A stretch of DNA of 64,000 nucleotides, taken from assembly GCF_018350175.1 (NCBI RefSeq), contig NC_058368.1, positions 161,760,001-161,824,000 on the forward strand, given 5' to 3'. Under the pieces are notes generated by a model that was not told the DNA's origin, made no database searches, and was given only the letters and a program-made list of their open reading frames with translations. Position numbers and translations under genes: made by a program. Numbering within the stretch: the stretch's first letter is position 1; the number at the start of each line of letters is the position of its first letter. Source of the DNA: Felis catus. Its lineage: Eukaryota. Shown here piece after piece: positions 11,670 through 25,500 of the stretch.

Positions 11670-12060
11670 TAGTTAGCTTTATTAATAACAAGTGACCCTC
11701 CCCAAATCACAGTGGTTTACTATAACACACACTTTTTTCTTTTTCATAATAGATGTCAGTGGCTGTGGTCAACTTCTATGGCTCTGCTACATGTCTTCTC
11801 ATTCCAGATTCCAGCCTCAAAAAGTGTGCCTTATTTGGGACATCCAAAAAAGAAGAACTCTTGATGCCTCCTAAAGTTTCTGTATGTTATGTTTCCTCAC
11901 ATTCCTTTGGCTAAAGCTTGTACTGTTGGCAAGCCCCAAATCAATGAGCTAGTACCATGGCATATCCTTCAGGAGGTGTCTGTGTGCCCCATGTTCATAA
12001 ATTAGGCGAGGTAAGGCCCTTATAAGGAAAAAAAAAGCAAGAATTTAGCACCTAAAATAA
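11670..12060. mobile_element. Possible degenerate MLT1 (MaLR) LTR
   Basis: agttagc...taacaa...cccaaatcacagtggttta...; cacattcctttggctaaagc resembles old MLT1J/K LTRs. Confidence 0.4.
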
Positions 12061-13109
12061 ATCCTACCACTGGAATGTAGCACTGAGATCTTAACACAAG
12101 ATAAAACGTTATAATAGATAGATCCGTTAGGAAAATAATCATTAGGAGATAAATCTGTACTGGGCAGATAGACATGTTATCTGCCACGGATAGAAATCCA
12201 AATGCTGACAGTCTGCAGGGTCCAAAGGGAGAGGAGATTTAAAGAAAGAATAAATGTCAAGAATCTTTCTGTAAAAATCATAGAAAATAAAAACAGGTGA
12301 AGCAATGGGAATAGTACTGTTAGAAAAGTTAACTAGTCCATATTCCTAAAACCCTCACATAATAGCAATTCTATGGTAAAACTTTCATGATCCAGTGTCT
12401 GACCACCAAATTTACCGACTCAAATATATGATGATGTTCCATGTGTCAAAGGGCAGGCTCACATTATTAATAGCTAATAGCTTATTTTATTCATCTCAGC
12501 CTGGGAATGGTTTTGCCAATGAACTAAATGTATTTGAAGCCTGATGGCCAAAGCTCTCTTTCCATAGGACTGTGATTGGGTAGGAGCTGCCAAACTTATA
12601 GCTCAGGTTACTTTTCTGTACTATTTCTGGCTTACTCTTTACCCTTTATGATTGGCATATTTATTCTTTAGTATTATTAATCCATAGTCAGGTTACATTT
12701 ATGTCTTCATGGCTATGTAGCTATTGGGTCTTCTTCATATAACAACTGTGTCTCTGCTCTTTAATTTTAAAAATTCTCTCAGGAGGCAACCATTACTAAC
12801 TCCACTCTAAAAATTTAGAGGGTGTACTCCACTATAATTCCAGAGAACAAACATGACACACACATATTCCTGAATCTCAATCTTGGAGACAGTTTTCCCT
12901 TAATTATATCACCTCAATAAGTTAATAATGTTTACATTTGAAAGGCAGATGTAAAAACTCTGAAATATCAAGTCAACAACCCAAAATATCTGATCAGGGG
13001 AGAAAGAAGTAAACAAAGGAACAATTAGCTGAATAGAGGTGTTCACAAAAGCATAGCAATGAGTTTAGTTACTCTTTCTCATTGTCTAATGTGGACTGTG
13101 GGGAGAGTC

Positions 13110-13440
13110 ATTTTAATTTTATTGATATAATTTACATTAATTGAAATGTACTCTTCTTAAAGGGGCAATTTGATAAGTATGGTAAAATCCATAAGTTATG
13201 ACTGGCACTCTGGTCCAAGCATAGATCATTCCCATCAGCTCAGAAACGCCTTCTGTACTTTTTTACTTTCTCTGCCTACCATATGCAATGATTCTTTATC
13301 ATTTATCTCACTGTAGATGAGTTTATCCTATTCTTAAGCTCCATGGGAATGGTTATATAAAACCATTAGTAGCTTCTCTTTCATGACTTCGTTTTGAGAG
13401 TTTTCAATATTTTGTTTATTGATAATTTGCATTATCATAT
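13110..13440 (-). mobile_element. Old L1M 3' fragment
   Basis: ttttaattttattgatataatttaca... L1M-type 3' end, degenerate. Confidence 0.5.
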
Positions 13441-13452
13441 ACCTTTTCTTCC

Positions 13453-13979
13453 TTTTTTTTAATATGAAATTTATTGTCAAATTGGTTTGGTTTCCATCCA
13501 ACACCCAGTGCTTATCCCAACAGGTGTCCTCCTCAATGCCCATCACCCACATTCCCCTCCCTCCCACCCTCCATCAAACCTGAATTTGTTCTCAATTTTT
13601 AAGAGTCTCTTATGGTTCGCCTCCTTCCCTCTCTGTAACTTTCTTCTTCCCCTTCCCCTCCTCCATGGTCTTCTGTTAAGTTTCTCAGGATCCACATAAG
13701 AGTGAAAACATATGGTATCTGTCTTTTTTGTATGACTTATTTCACTTAGCATAACACTCTCCAACTCCATCCACGTTGCTACAAAAGGCCATATTTCATT
13801 CTCTTTCATTGCCAAGTAGTATTCCATTGTATATATAAACTTCAACTTCTTTATCCATTCATCAATTGATGGACATTTAGGCTCTTTCCATAATTTGGCT
13901 ATTGTTGAAAGTGCTGCTATAAACATTGGGGTACAAATGCCCCTATGCATCAGCACTCTTGTATCCTTTGTGTAAATTC
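13453..13979 (-). mobile_element. 5'-truncated carnivore/felid L1 (ORF2 C-terminus plus 3' UTR)
   Basis: ORF 13543-13956 = [30 protein letters not shown]...MEYY...FVATWMELESVMLSEIS (L1 ORF2 C-terminus); approximate TSD taccttttcttc / taccctttttcttc. Confidence 0.93.
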
Positions 13980-14354
13980 TACCCTTTTTCTTCTTTTGCT
14001 TTCAACTTATCTTTGCCTTTATATTTAAGGAGAAATTATTGACGGCCTATAATTAAGCCTTGATAATTTTTAAATCAAATTTTATAATTTTTCATTTCAT
14101 TTAGAGTTTTTAGTCTAATTTTTTAAAAGTCTGTTTAATTTTAACCAATTTTGAATACACTTTGGTTTAGGTATATTAATTTGATATTACTTTTCTACTT
14201 GATTAATTATTGTGTTTCTTTTCTTTCTTTCCTGTCTTTCCTACCCTCTTTTAGATTATTCCACCCATTTTACCATTTCATTTTATTTATATATTTAAAC
14301 ATATTTCTATTTATTACTTTCATAGGATGGTTGCTATGCATGTTAGAATGTTCA

Positions 14355-14515
14355 TTTTTTTGAAGTACAGTTTGCATACAATATTATACTGGTCTCAGGT
14401 ATACAACATAATGATTTGACAATTCTATACATTACTCAGTGCTCACCCTGATAAGTATAGTCACATTATTATAATATTATAGAGTATATTTCCTATATTG
14501 TACTTTTTATCTCCA
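14355..14515 (-). mobile_element. Short L1 (L1_Carn/L1MA-like) 3'-end fragment within older L1M debris (~14000-16080)
   Basis: tttttgaagtacagtttgcatacaatattatactggtctcaggtatacaacataatgatttgac is a typical L1_Carn 3' terminus. Confidence 0.7.
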
Positions 14516-16128
14516 TGAAGGGGATTAAGAGTTAGAAATGTTCATTCATAAAGCATATTATGACAGTTCATTAAAATGTAAGAAAATTACAAGTATATAC
14601 TTCTATTTATTACCACTGTGCTTGTGTCATATAGTGTCCCTTTGAATATATAATAAACCACACAATACACTGTTATTGTTTTTGCTTCAATTGGTAGACA
14701 TTTAAAAATTTTAAGATAGTACAAACTGAAAATATTTGTTTATATTTATCCATATGTTTAGCATCCTCTTTAGTATTTTATGCAAATATGAATTTCCATG
14801 TGGCATTGTTTTTCTTCTACCTACACACTTCCATTAATATCCTCTGTAATTCAGGTCTGCTGGGAACATGTTCTTTTCACTCAACTTTTGGAAGGACACT
14901 TTTGCTTGATATAGAACACCTATGGGATAATATTTATTGTTCTTGTTCCAGCACTTTACAGATGTTATTTCATTGTATTTATTTCCCTCTCTCTCTCTTT
15001 TTAATGAGAAGGCAGCTGTGATTCCTATATTTGTTCCTACATAAGTATGTGTCTTTTAATCTTTCTCCAGCATTTTGTTTCTTATCTTTAATTTCCAGCT
15101 GTCTGATTATTATGTATGTAGGAGTTGTTTAACAAGCTTTCTGGATCATAGGCTGACGTTTTTCACATAGTTTAGCAAAGTTTGGGCCATCATTCTTCAA
15201 CTGAACTCTTTTTCTGACCCATTTTCTTCTTTCCTCTCCTCTGAAACACTAATGACATGTATCATATCAATTGCTATTTTAACACTGGCCACTGAGCCTG
15301 CTTTATATTTTTCTCCCAACTTTTTTTTTCCTCTTTATTCTTTAGGTTTGATCATTTCTATTGGACTGTGTTCAAATTCACTAACATTTTCTCATGCTAT
15401 ATCTAACCTCCCACTAAGCTTGCTCATTAAATTTTTCATTTCAGATATTTGTTTGTATATTTGTGTTTCCATTTGGTTCACTTTTATAGATTTTCATAGC
15501 AGTTCTCAGAGTCCCCATCTGCTCCTTCATCATGTCCAATTTTCTCTGTAATACCTTTGTCATATTTGCTTTAACTGTTTTAAATTCTTTTTGATAATTT
15601 CTGTATCTGGCTTATACTGGGTTATGTTTCTATGTGCCCTTTTTGCTTAACTGTGGGGTTACATGTTTTGCATGTCTTCTTTCTTTTTATTGTAGAGCAG
15701 CTAGTGGGGATAGATAATCTATTATAGGAAGCCTTGGATGTGTTATAACTCCAAAATCTCTCACCCTCACATGACCTCTGGTATCTCCATTAGGTCTTAT
15801 CCTGCAGCAGTTAATTACCTTCTGTTGGGTCTTTTTAAGACCCCCTGAGTACATGCACAGTTCTGTCCTCATGCTGTAATGTGTGGGAAACCACATGTAG
15901 AATTCTGGGGCTACTGCTTTGCATATTTCTACCTCTTCTGTTACTTGTCCTGAAATTCCAGCTGATTTGCAGGTGTAGAACACAAGTATCTTCTCTGCAG
16001 TTCAGCAAACTCTGTTCTGTTTTGCTTTTAAATTCCTGCATTTCAATCCAGAACATGGACTACATTCAGAACTTAGTGAGAACATGAGACTAGCCCTAAG
16101 CATTTCTCATCTATAAGAGATCACATAG

Positions 16129-16547
16129 TGTTAGTTCATTTCATCTAAGAAGCAAAAGACAAGGCAGGATTACACTTGCAAGATATACTGGAGGAAGGAA
16201 TACAAGCAAGCAGCCAGAGGAGGCAGGGAGAACCATCAAATTCGTGCAATGTTACACCTCTGAAGGAAGGCGGAAAGGGAAAAGGGCCAAATAGGAAATG
16301 AAATCTCAGCCTTTAGTACAACTATGAGGGTTTCAGCCAAGTGTATGGAGAATCCTTGAAACAAAATTTCCCATTAGAGGGCATGAATATTTCTGCCCTA
16401 ATTAGTAATTAGTTGGTAGTAGCCCATAGGAAGTGTGGCCTTGGCAGGAATGGGGTTGTAAATTCACAGTGTAGTATCTGAGGTCTTCTATCATTTATGC
16501 TTTCTGAAGCAGGATGTGTCAACAGTACATTTTCATGGCTCTTGTCA
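16129..16547 (-). mobile_element. LTR16-family (LTR16C-like) ERVL LTR, 3' LTR position of the decayed provirus
   Basis: Minus strand reads tgacaagagccatgaaaatg...gccaaggccacacttcctatgggctac...gaactaaca; preceded by the polypurine tract agggagtaggtggggataggtag (16548-16570). Confidence 0.7.
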
Positions 16548-18657
16548 CTACCTATCCCCACCTACTCCCTGCTCTAGATTCGCTTCTCTACCCATGTTGG
16601 AGAAGCGCTTCTTGTAGGATTCTCAAGGGCCTCTCTTTCTGAGAGGAATCTTAGAAGGCAGTAGTTAATTAAAAAATATATAGCCCCTGTCACTGCAGAT
16701 GGTCACAGGTCTGTATCTTAATACTTATTGTCTCTCTCTCCTTCTCTAACCCTCAGCTATCATCTTTGAAGGTCTTAGTAGCTTACTTAGTGGTTTGACC
16801 CAAACCTTCATTCATGAGTGCTCTGACTCCGTGGTAATCATAATCTTCCTGGGACAAGGTTGCTGCATGTGTCTCTTCACACTTACATTAGAGGGATGGA
16901 GTAACAGGAAGTATCCAAGTATGTCACATGAATTCCACATTTAATCCTCCTGCCTCTAACGTGTATACCATCACACCTGCAAAGGTGTTCTCACCCACTG
17001 GAACATCTTTCCAGGTCACCACTAGTGAAATTACTAGGAGTTGCACCACACTTTGCACTAATGTCCTACCTTCCTTTCAAGATTGCATCTTCTTTGCCTA
17101 CTGGGTAGCAAGTGAGCCAGTTCCAAATCTTGGATTAATCCTGGTACCATTTGTATTATTTCACATTGCCTGAAAGGTAACCATTTCCATAACTCTCTAG
17201 GAGTACCCATGACAGCCACTCCAATTTTGTCACTCATTATAACAATTGCACCCAATTTGCTTCTGATGGTTAGATGCTGCCTTTGACCTCTATATTTTCT
17301 AGATTCTATCATCCCTCTTACCTTCTGAGAACACAGTTTTATAATAGCACTTATTATTATAAATGCTATGAGCCCTACCAACAGAAGACAGTTGCCATTG
17401 ATTGTCTCAAGGATGATGGTGTTTCTTTTACTAGTGTGTTACTATTGTTTTTATAATTGGGGTGTATTCCAGGTTTTACCTTAGAATGCAGTTCTAAATT
17501 GTCTAGCCTTACATAGTATATCCAGTAGCTTGGTCACTTTTGTGAATTTTTTAAATTCCTTTTTTTCATGTCTGCCATGGCAGTTTTGGCTTTTCTACTT
17601 TACTTATTATTGGCTATCATTTTCTCTAAGCTTCCAAGAATCATCTTGACAGTGTATTAGTACTGTTTTCTGAGGTCTTTGTCAAAGTCTCAAATCCTTT
17701 ATAATGGGATAGTTCTTCCTTATCAATTAAACTAACAATTCCTTATCCAATTTCATGTTCTACCTTTTTTGATGTAGGACTCTCAGGATGTAGTACCAAA
17801 CATTTTCCCAACTCCTTCAAGTGTATATTGGCTAGGTCCTGCAGAACCCACTAGAAGTTTATTGGGAAGTGACCTCAGGTTCCTTTGGGGTCTATAGTCC
17901 CTTATCTCCCTTAGCATGCCTCACACTTTCCCAGTTTAGAGGCTAAATGAGGAGCTACAGCCAGGTGCTGAGGGGTATTCATGATGTCCCATGAGGCAGT
18001 GATCACTGCATCATTTTCAAGCAGTGAAGGCATACCAGCCCTTTTTAGAAATGCCAGAGGATTCAAGGGATCTGGAGCTATTGTTTATGAATTCAGCAAC
18101 CCAGATGTTCCCAACTCAAACCTAAAGGGTCTCACTCTTTTCACCAAGAATCTATCACTGGCACATCCTTTGTTGGAAAAACTGACGGTTCAACCTTCTC
18201 TGGAAAGCTCTCTGATGTATTATAATTAATTCCTGGGCCACATTCTCAGGGTTTTTTTTCCTGCCTCCAGTTGCATGAGATAAGAGTATCTTTAGTAAGC
18301 TGCCATAGGGGCCCTCTGAATTTCACACTTCACCTCCAATTGGTGATTCATCACCCACAGCCTTCTATTGGTCTTCTCTGATGCATCAAAGTCACTCAGT
18401 AGGAGATATCTGATGTAATTTCCTTCTAATACTTCCCTCAGCTACTCAAAATCCTGAGATACTGCATTTGTGAGTACATTCATTTGCACCAGCATACCAA
18501 ACCAGTTTACCACAGGTGTTTTAACAAATGCACTGGTATAATTGAAGAACTCCATCTACTGCCAGTTATGAAGTCCTCCTTGCCAATTTGTTCGCATAGT
18601 ATTCAGCTTCATGGTCCCATATTAAAACTATATACTTAGACTCTGACTGACACTAAT
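16548..18657 (-). mobile_element. Decayed ERVL (ERV3-16A3-like) internal region with gag remnants; pol apparently deleted
   Basis: Manual minus-strand translation gives EKTNRRLWVMNHQLEVKCEIQRAPMAAY/KDTLISCNWRQ (~18262-18379) and LQDLANIHLKELGK/WYYILRVLHQKR*NMKLDKE (17739-17844), matching ERVL gag motifs; PBS-like tagtgtcag next to the LTR. Confidence 0.8.
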
Positions 18658-19041
18658 TGTCTTAAGTCAGTATTTATGGAAAACAGACACAGATGGAGAT
18701 TTCCATGTGGGAAGGGTTTTGGTCTGTACCTTCAATATCAGCATTTTGTAGGAGTAAAGGCACTAGAATTGGACAAAGAAAGAAACAGAACTTCACAGCA
18801 GTTACATGGATGAATTTATATGGTTTCCTGGGAAGCAGGGGAGTTAGGATGCCCCTTAGCAGTGGCTTTGCCTTTCTATGAAGCAGCCATGACTATATAC
18901 TCCTGTTTTGACAATGGGTAGATTTCTACTTTGGGATGGGATATGACTTAAGTATAGATACTTTCTTCAGCTAAAGGGAATTTCTAGAGAGAGTCAGCTA
19001 CTGGCATTCTCAAAATGTGGAAGAATTGGTGTTTCAATCCT
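18658..19041 (-). mobile_element. LTR16-family (LTR16A-like) LTR, 5' LTR position; interrupted by an L1, remainder at 25961-25987
   Basis: Plus strand starts tgtcttaagtcag...aacagacac agatggagattt; the LTR end ...ctgagttgcccatcaca reappears after the L1. Confidence 0.7.
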
Positions 19042-19474
19042 TTTTTTTCTTAATCTATATGCTTTTATTCTTTTTTATAATTTTAAAGTTTTTTTTTAAA
19101 TTTTTTAAATTATGTATTTATTTTTAAATTTACACTCAAGTTAGTGCATATAGTGCAACAATGATTTCAGGAGTAGATTCCTTAATGCCCCTTACTCATT
19201 TAGCCTATCCCCCCTCCCAAAACCTCTCCAGCAACCCTCTCTTTGTTCCACTATTTAAGAGTCTCCTATGTTTTGCTCCCCCCATTTTTATATTATTTTT
19301 GCTTCCCTCCCCTTATGTTCATCTGTTTTGTATCTTAAAGTCCTCATATGAGTGCTGTCATATGATATTTGTCTTTCTCTGACTAATTTTGCTTAGCATA
19401 ATACCCTCTAGTTTCATCCATGTAGTTGCAAATGGCAAGATTTCATTCTTTTTGATTGCCGAGTAATATTCAAT

Positions 19475-19517
<43 letters not shown>

Positions 19518-22500
19518 GTGTACACCACATCTGCTTATTCCATTCACCCATCAGTGGACATTTGGGCTCTTTCCTTACTTTGGCTATTGTTGATAGTGTT
19601 GCTAGAAACATTAGGGTGCCTGTGCCCCTTTGAAACAGCATACCTGTTTCCCTTGGATAAATACCTAGTAGTGCAATTGCTCAGTCATAGGGTAGTTCTA
19701 TTTTGATTTTTTAAGGAAACTCCATACTGTTTTCCAGAGTGGCTGCACCAGTTTGCATTCCCACCAGCAGTGCAAAAGAGATCCTCTTTGTCTGCATCCT
19801 TGCCTACCTCTGTTGTTGCCTGAGTTGTTAATGCTAGCCATTCTGACAGGTGTGAAGTGGGATCTCGTTGTGGTTTTGATTTGTATTTCCCTGATGATGA
19901 GTGATGTTGAGCATTTTTTCATGTGTCAGTTGGCCATCTGGATGTCTTCTTTGGAGAAGTGTCTATTCATGTCTTTTGCCTATTTCTTCACTGGATTATT
20001 TATTTCTTGGGTGTTGAGTTTGATAAGTTCTTTATAGATTTTGGATACTAACCCTTTATCTGATATGTTGCTTGCAAATATCTTCTGCCATTCTGTCAGT
20101 TGCCTTTTAGTTTTGTGATTGTTTCCTTTGCGGTGTGGAAGATTTTTATTTTGATGAGGTCCCAATAGTTCATTTTTGTTTTTGTTTCCCTTGCCCATGG
20201 AGACGTGTTAAGTAAGAAGTTGCTGCAGCCAAGATGAAAGAGTTTTTGCTTGCTTTCTCCTCAAGGATTTTGATGGCTTCCTGTCTTACATTTAGGTCTT
20301 TCATCCATTTTTAGGTTTTTTTTTTTTTTTTTTTTTTTTTGTTTGTTTTTTGTATATGGTGTAAGAAAGTGGTCCAGGTTCATTTTTCTGCATGTCACTG
20401 TCCAGTTTTCCCAGCACCACTTGCTGAGGAGAATGCCTTTATTCCATTGTTTATTCTTTCCTGCTTTGTCAAAGATTAGTTGGCCATACGTTTGTGGGTC
20501 CATTTCTGGGTTCTGTATTCTGTTACATTGATCTCAGTGTCCGTTTTTGTGCCAGTACTTTACTGTCTTGATGATTACAGCTTTGTAAAACAGCTTGAAG
20601 TCCAGGATTGTCATGCTTCCAGCTTTGGTTTTCTTTTTCAAGATTGCTTTGGCTATTTGGTGTCTTTTCTGGTTCCATACAAATTTTAGGATTGTTTGTT
20701 CTAGCTCTGTGTAGTATTGTGTTATTTTGATAAGGATTGCATTGAATATGTAGATTGCTTTGGGTAGTATTGACATTTTAACGATATTTTTCCTTCCAAT
20801 CAAGGAGCATGGAATGTTTTTCCATATTTTTGTGTCTTCTTCAATTTCTTTCATAACCTTTCTATAGTTTTCAATGTTTAGATTTTTCACCTCTTTGGTT
20901 AGGTTTATTCCTAGGCATTTTATGGTTTTTCATGTAATTGTAAATGGGGTCAATTTCTTTATTTCTCTTTCTGTTTCTTCATTATTGATGTATAGGAATG
21001 TAACCAATTTCTCTGCATTGATCATATATCTTGCGACGTTGCTGAATTCATTGATCAGTTTTAGCAGTGTTTTGGTGGCATCTTTTGGGTTTTCCATATA
21101 GAGTATCATGTCATCTGCAAAGAGTGAAAGTTTCACCTCCTCCTGGCCAATATAGATGCCTTTTATTTCTTTCTGTTGTCTTATTATGGAGACTAAGACT
21201 TCCTTTACTGCGTTAAATAACAGTAGTGAGAGTGGACATCCCTGTCGTGTTCCTGACCTTAGGGGGAAAGCTCTCAGTTTTTCCCCATTGAGGATGATAT
21301 TAGCGTTGGGTCACTCGTATATGGCTTTTATGATCTTGAGGTATGCTCCTTCTGTCCCTACTTTCTTGAGGGTTTTTATCAAGAAAGGATGCTGTATTTT
21401 GTCAAATGCTTTCTCTGCATTTATTGAGAGGATCATATGGTTCTTGTCCTTTCTTTTATTGATGTGATGAATCATGTTAATTGTTTTGCGGATATTGAAC
21501 CAGCCCTGCATCCCAGGTATAAATCCCACTTGGTTGTGGTGAATAATTTTTGTAATGTATTGTTGGATCCAGTTGGCTAATATCTTGTTGAGGATTTTTG
21601 CATCCATGTTCATCAGGGAAATTGGTCTATAGTTCTCCTTTTTAGTGGGTCTTTGTCTGGTTTTGGAATCAAGGTAATGTGGGCTTCTTAGAAAGAGTTT
21701 GGAAGTTTTCCTTCCATTTCTATTTTTTTTGGAAAAGCTTCAAGAGAATAGACGTTAACTCTTCTTTAAATGTTTGGTAGAGGGGCGCCTGGGTGGCGCA
21801 GTTGGTTAAGTGTCCGACTTCAGCCAGGTCACGATCTTGCGGTCTGTGAGTTCGAGCCCCGCGTCGGGCTCTGGGCTGATGGCTCAGAGCCTGGAGCCTG
21901 TTTCTGATTCTGTGTCTCCCTCTCTCTCTGCCCTTCCCCCATTCATGCTCTGTCTCTCTCTGTCCCAAAAATAAATAAACGTTGAAAAAAAAATTAAAAA
22001 AAAAATAAATGTTTGGTAGAATTCCCTGGAAAGCCATCTGGCTCTGCACTCTTGTTTTTTTGGGACATTTTTTATTTCTAAGTCAATTTCTTTACTGGTT
22101 ATGGGTCTGTTCAATTTTCTATTTCTTCCTGTTTCAGTTTTGGTAGTTTATATGTCTGTAGGAATTTGTCCATTTCTTCCAGATTGCCCATTTTATTGAC
22201 AGATAATTACTCATAATATTCTCTTACTGTTTTATTTCTGCTGTATTGGTTGTGATCTCTCCTCTTTCATTCTTGATTTTATTTATTTTAGTCCTTTCCT
22301 TTTTCTTTTTGATAAAACTTGCTATGAGTTTATCAATTTTGTTATTTCTTTCAAAGAACCAGCTTCTGGTTTCATTGATCTGTTCTACTGTTTTGGTTTT
22401 TTGGTTTTTTTTTTTTTTTTTTTTTTTTTGGTTTTGATAGCATTTCTTTCTGCTCTAATCTTTATTATTTCCTGTCCTCTGCTGGTTTTGGGCTTTATTT

Positions 22501-25500
22501 GCTGTTCTTTTACCAGCTCTTCAAGGCGTAAGGTTAGGTTGTGTATCTGAGACATTTCTTCCTTCTTTAGGAAGGCCTGGATTGCTATATACTTTCCTCT
22601 TAGGACCGTCTTTGCTGCGTCCCAGAGGTTTTGGGCTGTGGTGTTTTATTTTCATTGGCTTTCATGTACTTTTCAATTTCCTCTTTAACTTCTTGGTTCG
22701 CACATTCATTATTTAGTAGGATGGTCTTTAGTCTCCAAGTATTTGTTACCTTTCCAAATTTTCTTGTGGTTGATTTCAAGTTTCATAGCATTGTGGTCTG
22801 AAAATATGCACAGTATGATCTTGATCTTTTTGTACTTGTTGAGGGCTGATGTTGTGTCCCAGTATGTGATCTATTCTGAAGAACATCCCATGTGCACTAG
22901 AGAAGAATGTGTATTCTGCTGGTTTAGGATGAAATGTCTGAGTGTATCCATTAAGTTCATCTGGTCCAGTGTGTCATTAAAAGCCATTGTTTCCTTGTTG
23001 ATTTTCTGTTTAAATGATCTGTCCATTGTTGTATGTGGGGTGTTGTAGTCCCCTACTATTACGGTATTATTATCAATGAGTTTCTTTATGTTTGTGATTA
23101 ATTGATTTATATATTTGGGCACTCCATATTTGGAGCATGAATGTTTACAATTGTTAGGTCTTCTTGGTGGATAGACCCTTTAATTATGATATAATGCCCT
23201 TATTCATCTCTTGTTAGAGTTTTTTTTTTAATTTTAAAGTCTAGATTGTCTTATATAAGTATGGCTACTCTGGCTTTCTTTTGTCGACCATTAGCAAGAT
23301 AGATGTTTCTCCAACCCCTTACTTTCAATCTGATTTTTTTTTTTTTAGGTCTAAAGTGGGTCTCTTGTAAACAGCATATAGAGGGATCTTGTTTTCTTAT
23401 CCATTCTGTTACCCTATGTCTTTTAATTTGGGCATTTATTCCAGTGATGTTCAGAATGAGTACTAAAAGTTATGAATTTATTGCCATTATGTCACCTGGA
23501 GAGTTGGAGTTTCTGATGTTGTTCTCTGGTCCTTTCTAGTCTTTGCTGCTTGGTCTCTTTTTTTTTTCTTTGTGTTTTCTCCCCTCAGAGAGTCCCCCTT
23601 AGAATTTCTTGAACTCTTTTTAATTTTTGTTTGTCTGGGGAAACTTTTAATCTCTCCTTCTAGTTTGAATGACAGCCTTTCTGGATAAAGAATTCCTGGC
23701 TGCGTATTTTTCTGATTCAGTGCATTGAATATATCATATTTATGGTTGGTTGTTGTTGAATCTAATGGGAGTCCTCTGTGCTTCCTGGATTGTGGTGTCT
23801 GTGTCTTTCCCCAGGTTTGGAAAGTTTTCCAATATGATTTGCTCACATAACACTTCTACCCTTTTTCTCTCTCTTCATCTTCTGGGACCGCTATGATTCT
23901 AATGTTGGTCCTTTTTAATGAGTCACTGATTTCTCTAATTCTTAAATCGTGCTCTTTTGCATAAGTCTCCCTCTATTTTTTCTGCTTCATTATTCTCCAT
24001 AACTTTGTCCTCTATATCACTGATTCACTGCTCTGCCTCATCCATCTTTGCACCCGTGGCATCCATTCGAGATTGCAGCTCAGTGTAGCCTTTTTTATTT
24101 CCCCCTGACTAGTTTTTACTTCTTTTATCTCCACAGAAAGGAATTCTAATCTATATTCAACCTCAGCTAGTATTCTTTTTATCATGATTCTAAATTCTGG
24201 TTCAGACATCTTGCTTGTATCTTTGTTGATTAATCCCTGACTGTCATTATTCCTCTTTTTTCTTTGGGGTGCATTCCTTTTTTCATCATTTTGAAGGAAG
24301 AAAAGAATTAATGAGGTAAAAAATTTAAAATTAAAAACTTAAAAGCAACCACACAAATATCACACCAATGATCTAGGTCCTAGGTGTGTTTTGGTCTGGT
24401 TGTTGAAAGGATCTTGATAGATTAGAGAAAAAAGGGAGTGATAAGAAAAGAAAAAAAAGGAAAAAAGGAAGACGTTTGAAAAATTGAAAAAATGAAATAG
24501 AACAAAATGGAATGATGGAAGTAAAGTAGAATTTGAAAAACTTACAAAAACATAAAAAATGTAGTAGAAGAAAATTAAAGAAAATTATTCTTAATAAAAA
24601 ATGAAAAGAAAAATATTTTTTTCTTTTTCTGTATTCAATAGATTAGAAGAAAAGAAAAAGAAAAAATTTAATAAAAGACCAGTGAACAGGAATTATGATT
24701 GAAATTACATCTGGTTTCCCATAGAAGTCAAGCTTGAAGCACTTGATAGTCTGTAAACTAAGCAGATGCATAAATGAGTTTGTCAAGAGCACGGTTGGCC
24801 CTGTTGGGCAGGGTTTTCCACTAGATGGCACTGCTTAGCTTACTGGGGTAGATTGCTGACGCAAGTTTAGGAGTGCATGCACATGCGTGGAGGGGTGAAC
24901 ATGGTGTCTCCAAGCTACCCAGTCTCTGGTAACAGAACTCTGTGCTCTCCATGACTGGAAATCAAGCACCCCTCCTTTTTTTCTGGCTTCCATCCACTCC
25001 CTGCTTCTACACTGTGACCAAGCCATCAGGCTGCCAGGTGGCACCTCCCTCCTGTGTTTTCTCTCAAATGGGGCTGTTTCCCAACCCCTCACTTCTTAGG
25101 GACTGTGGCTTTGATCTTCTCAGACCTTCTGGGGTAGGGTCTCACTGAGCAATGGCCAGGTGCCCGTCTACCCCTAGGAGCATTCCCAGGACAGTGTTGC
25201 TGTCAATGCTCAGAGACCACGGCTAGGTGCTACACCCCCTCACACCCCTGGAAAAATTTCCCACAATCTTATAGCAGCAGTGTTTTAGGGATTATGGTAA
25301 ATCACAACATGTATCTGGCACCAGCCTTCCCCCTTAACATCCATGTTCCAGCACCAGCAAATGTGGTTGTTCTCCAGGGTCCACCGGGACCTTTGCCTGT
25401 GGGGTGGCCACATAGCCTCTACCAAATGTCCTCCCAGCAGGGAAACTGCCTCTCCCCATGTGGCCCATGGACCCCTTGGGCCGCGCTCCCTGCTTCTGGG

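Noticed and set aside
16548..18657. Domesticated gag (Fv1-like) gene
   Set aside because: Gag motifs are interrupted by stops and frameshifts; no long ORF in the gag frame.
19350..24290. Reverse transcriptase/endonuclease ORF fragments as an active or novel retro-system
   Set aside because: Standard L1 ORF1/ORF2 broken by many frameshifts, stops, homopolymer expansions and a SINE insertion.
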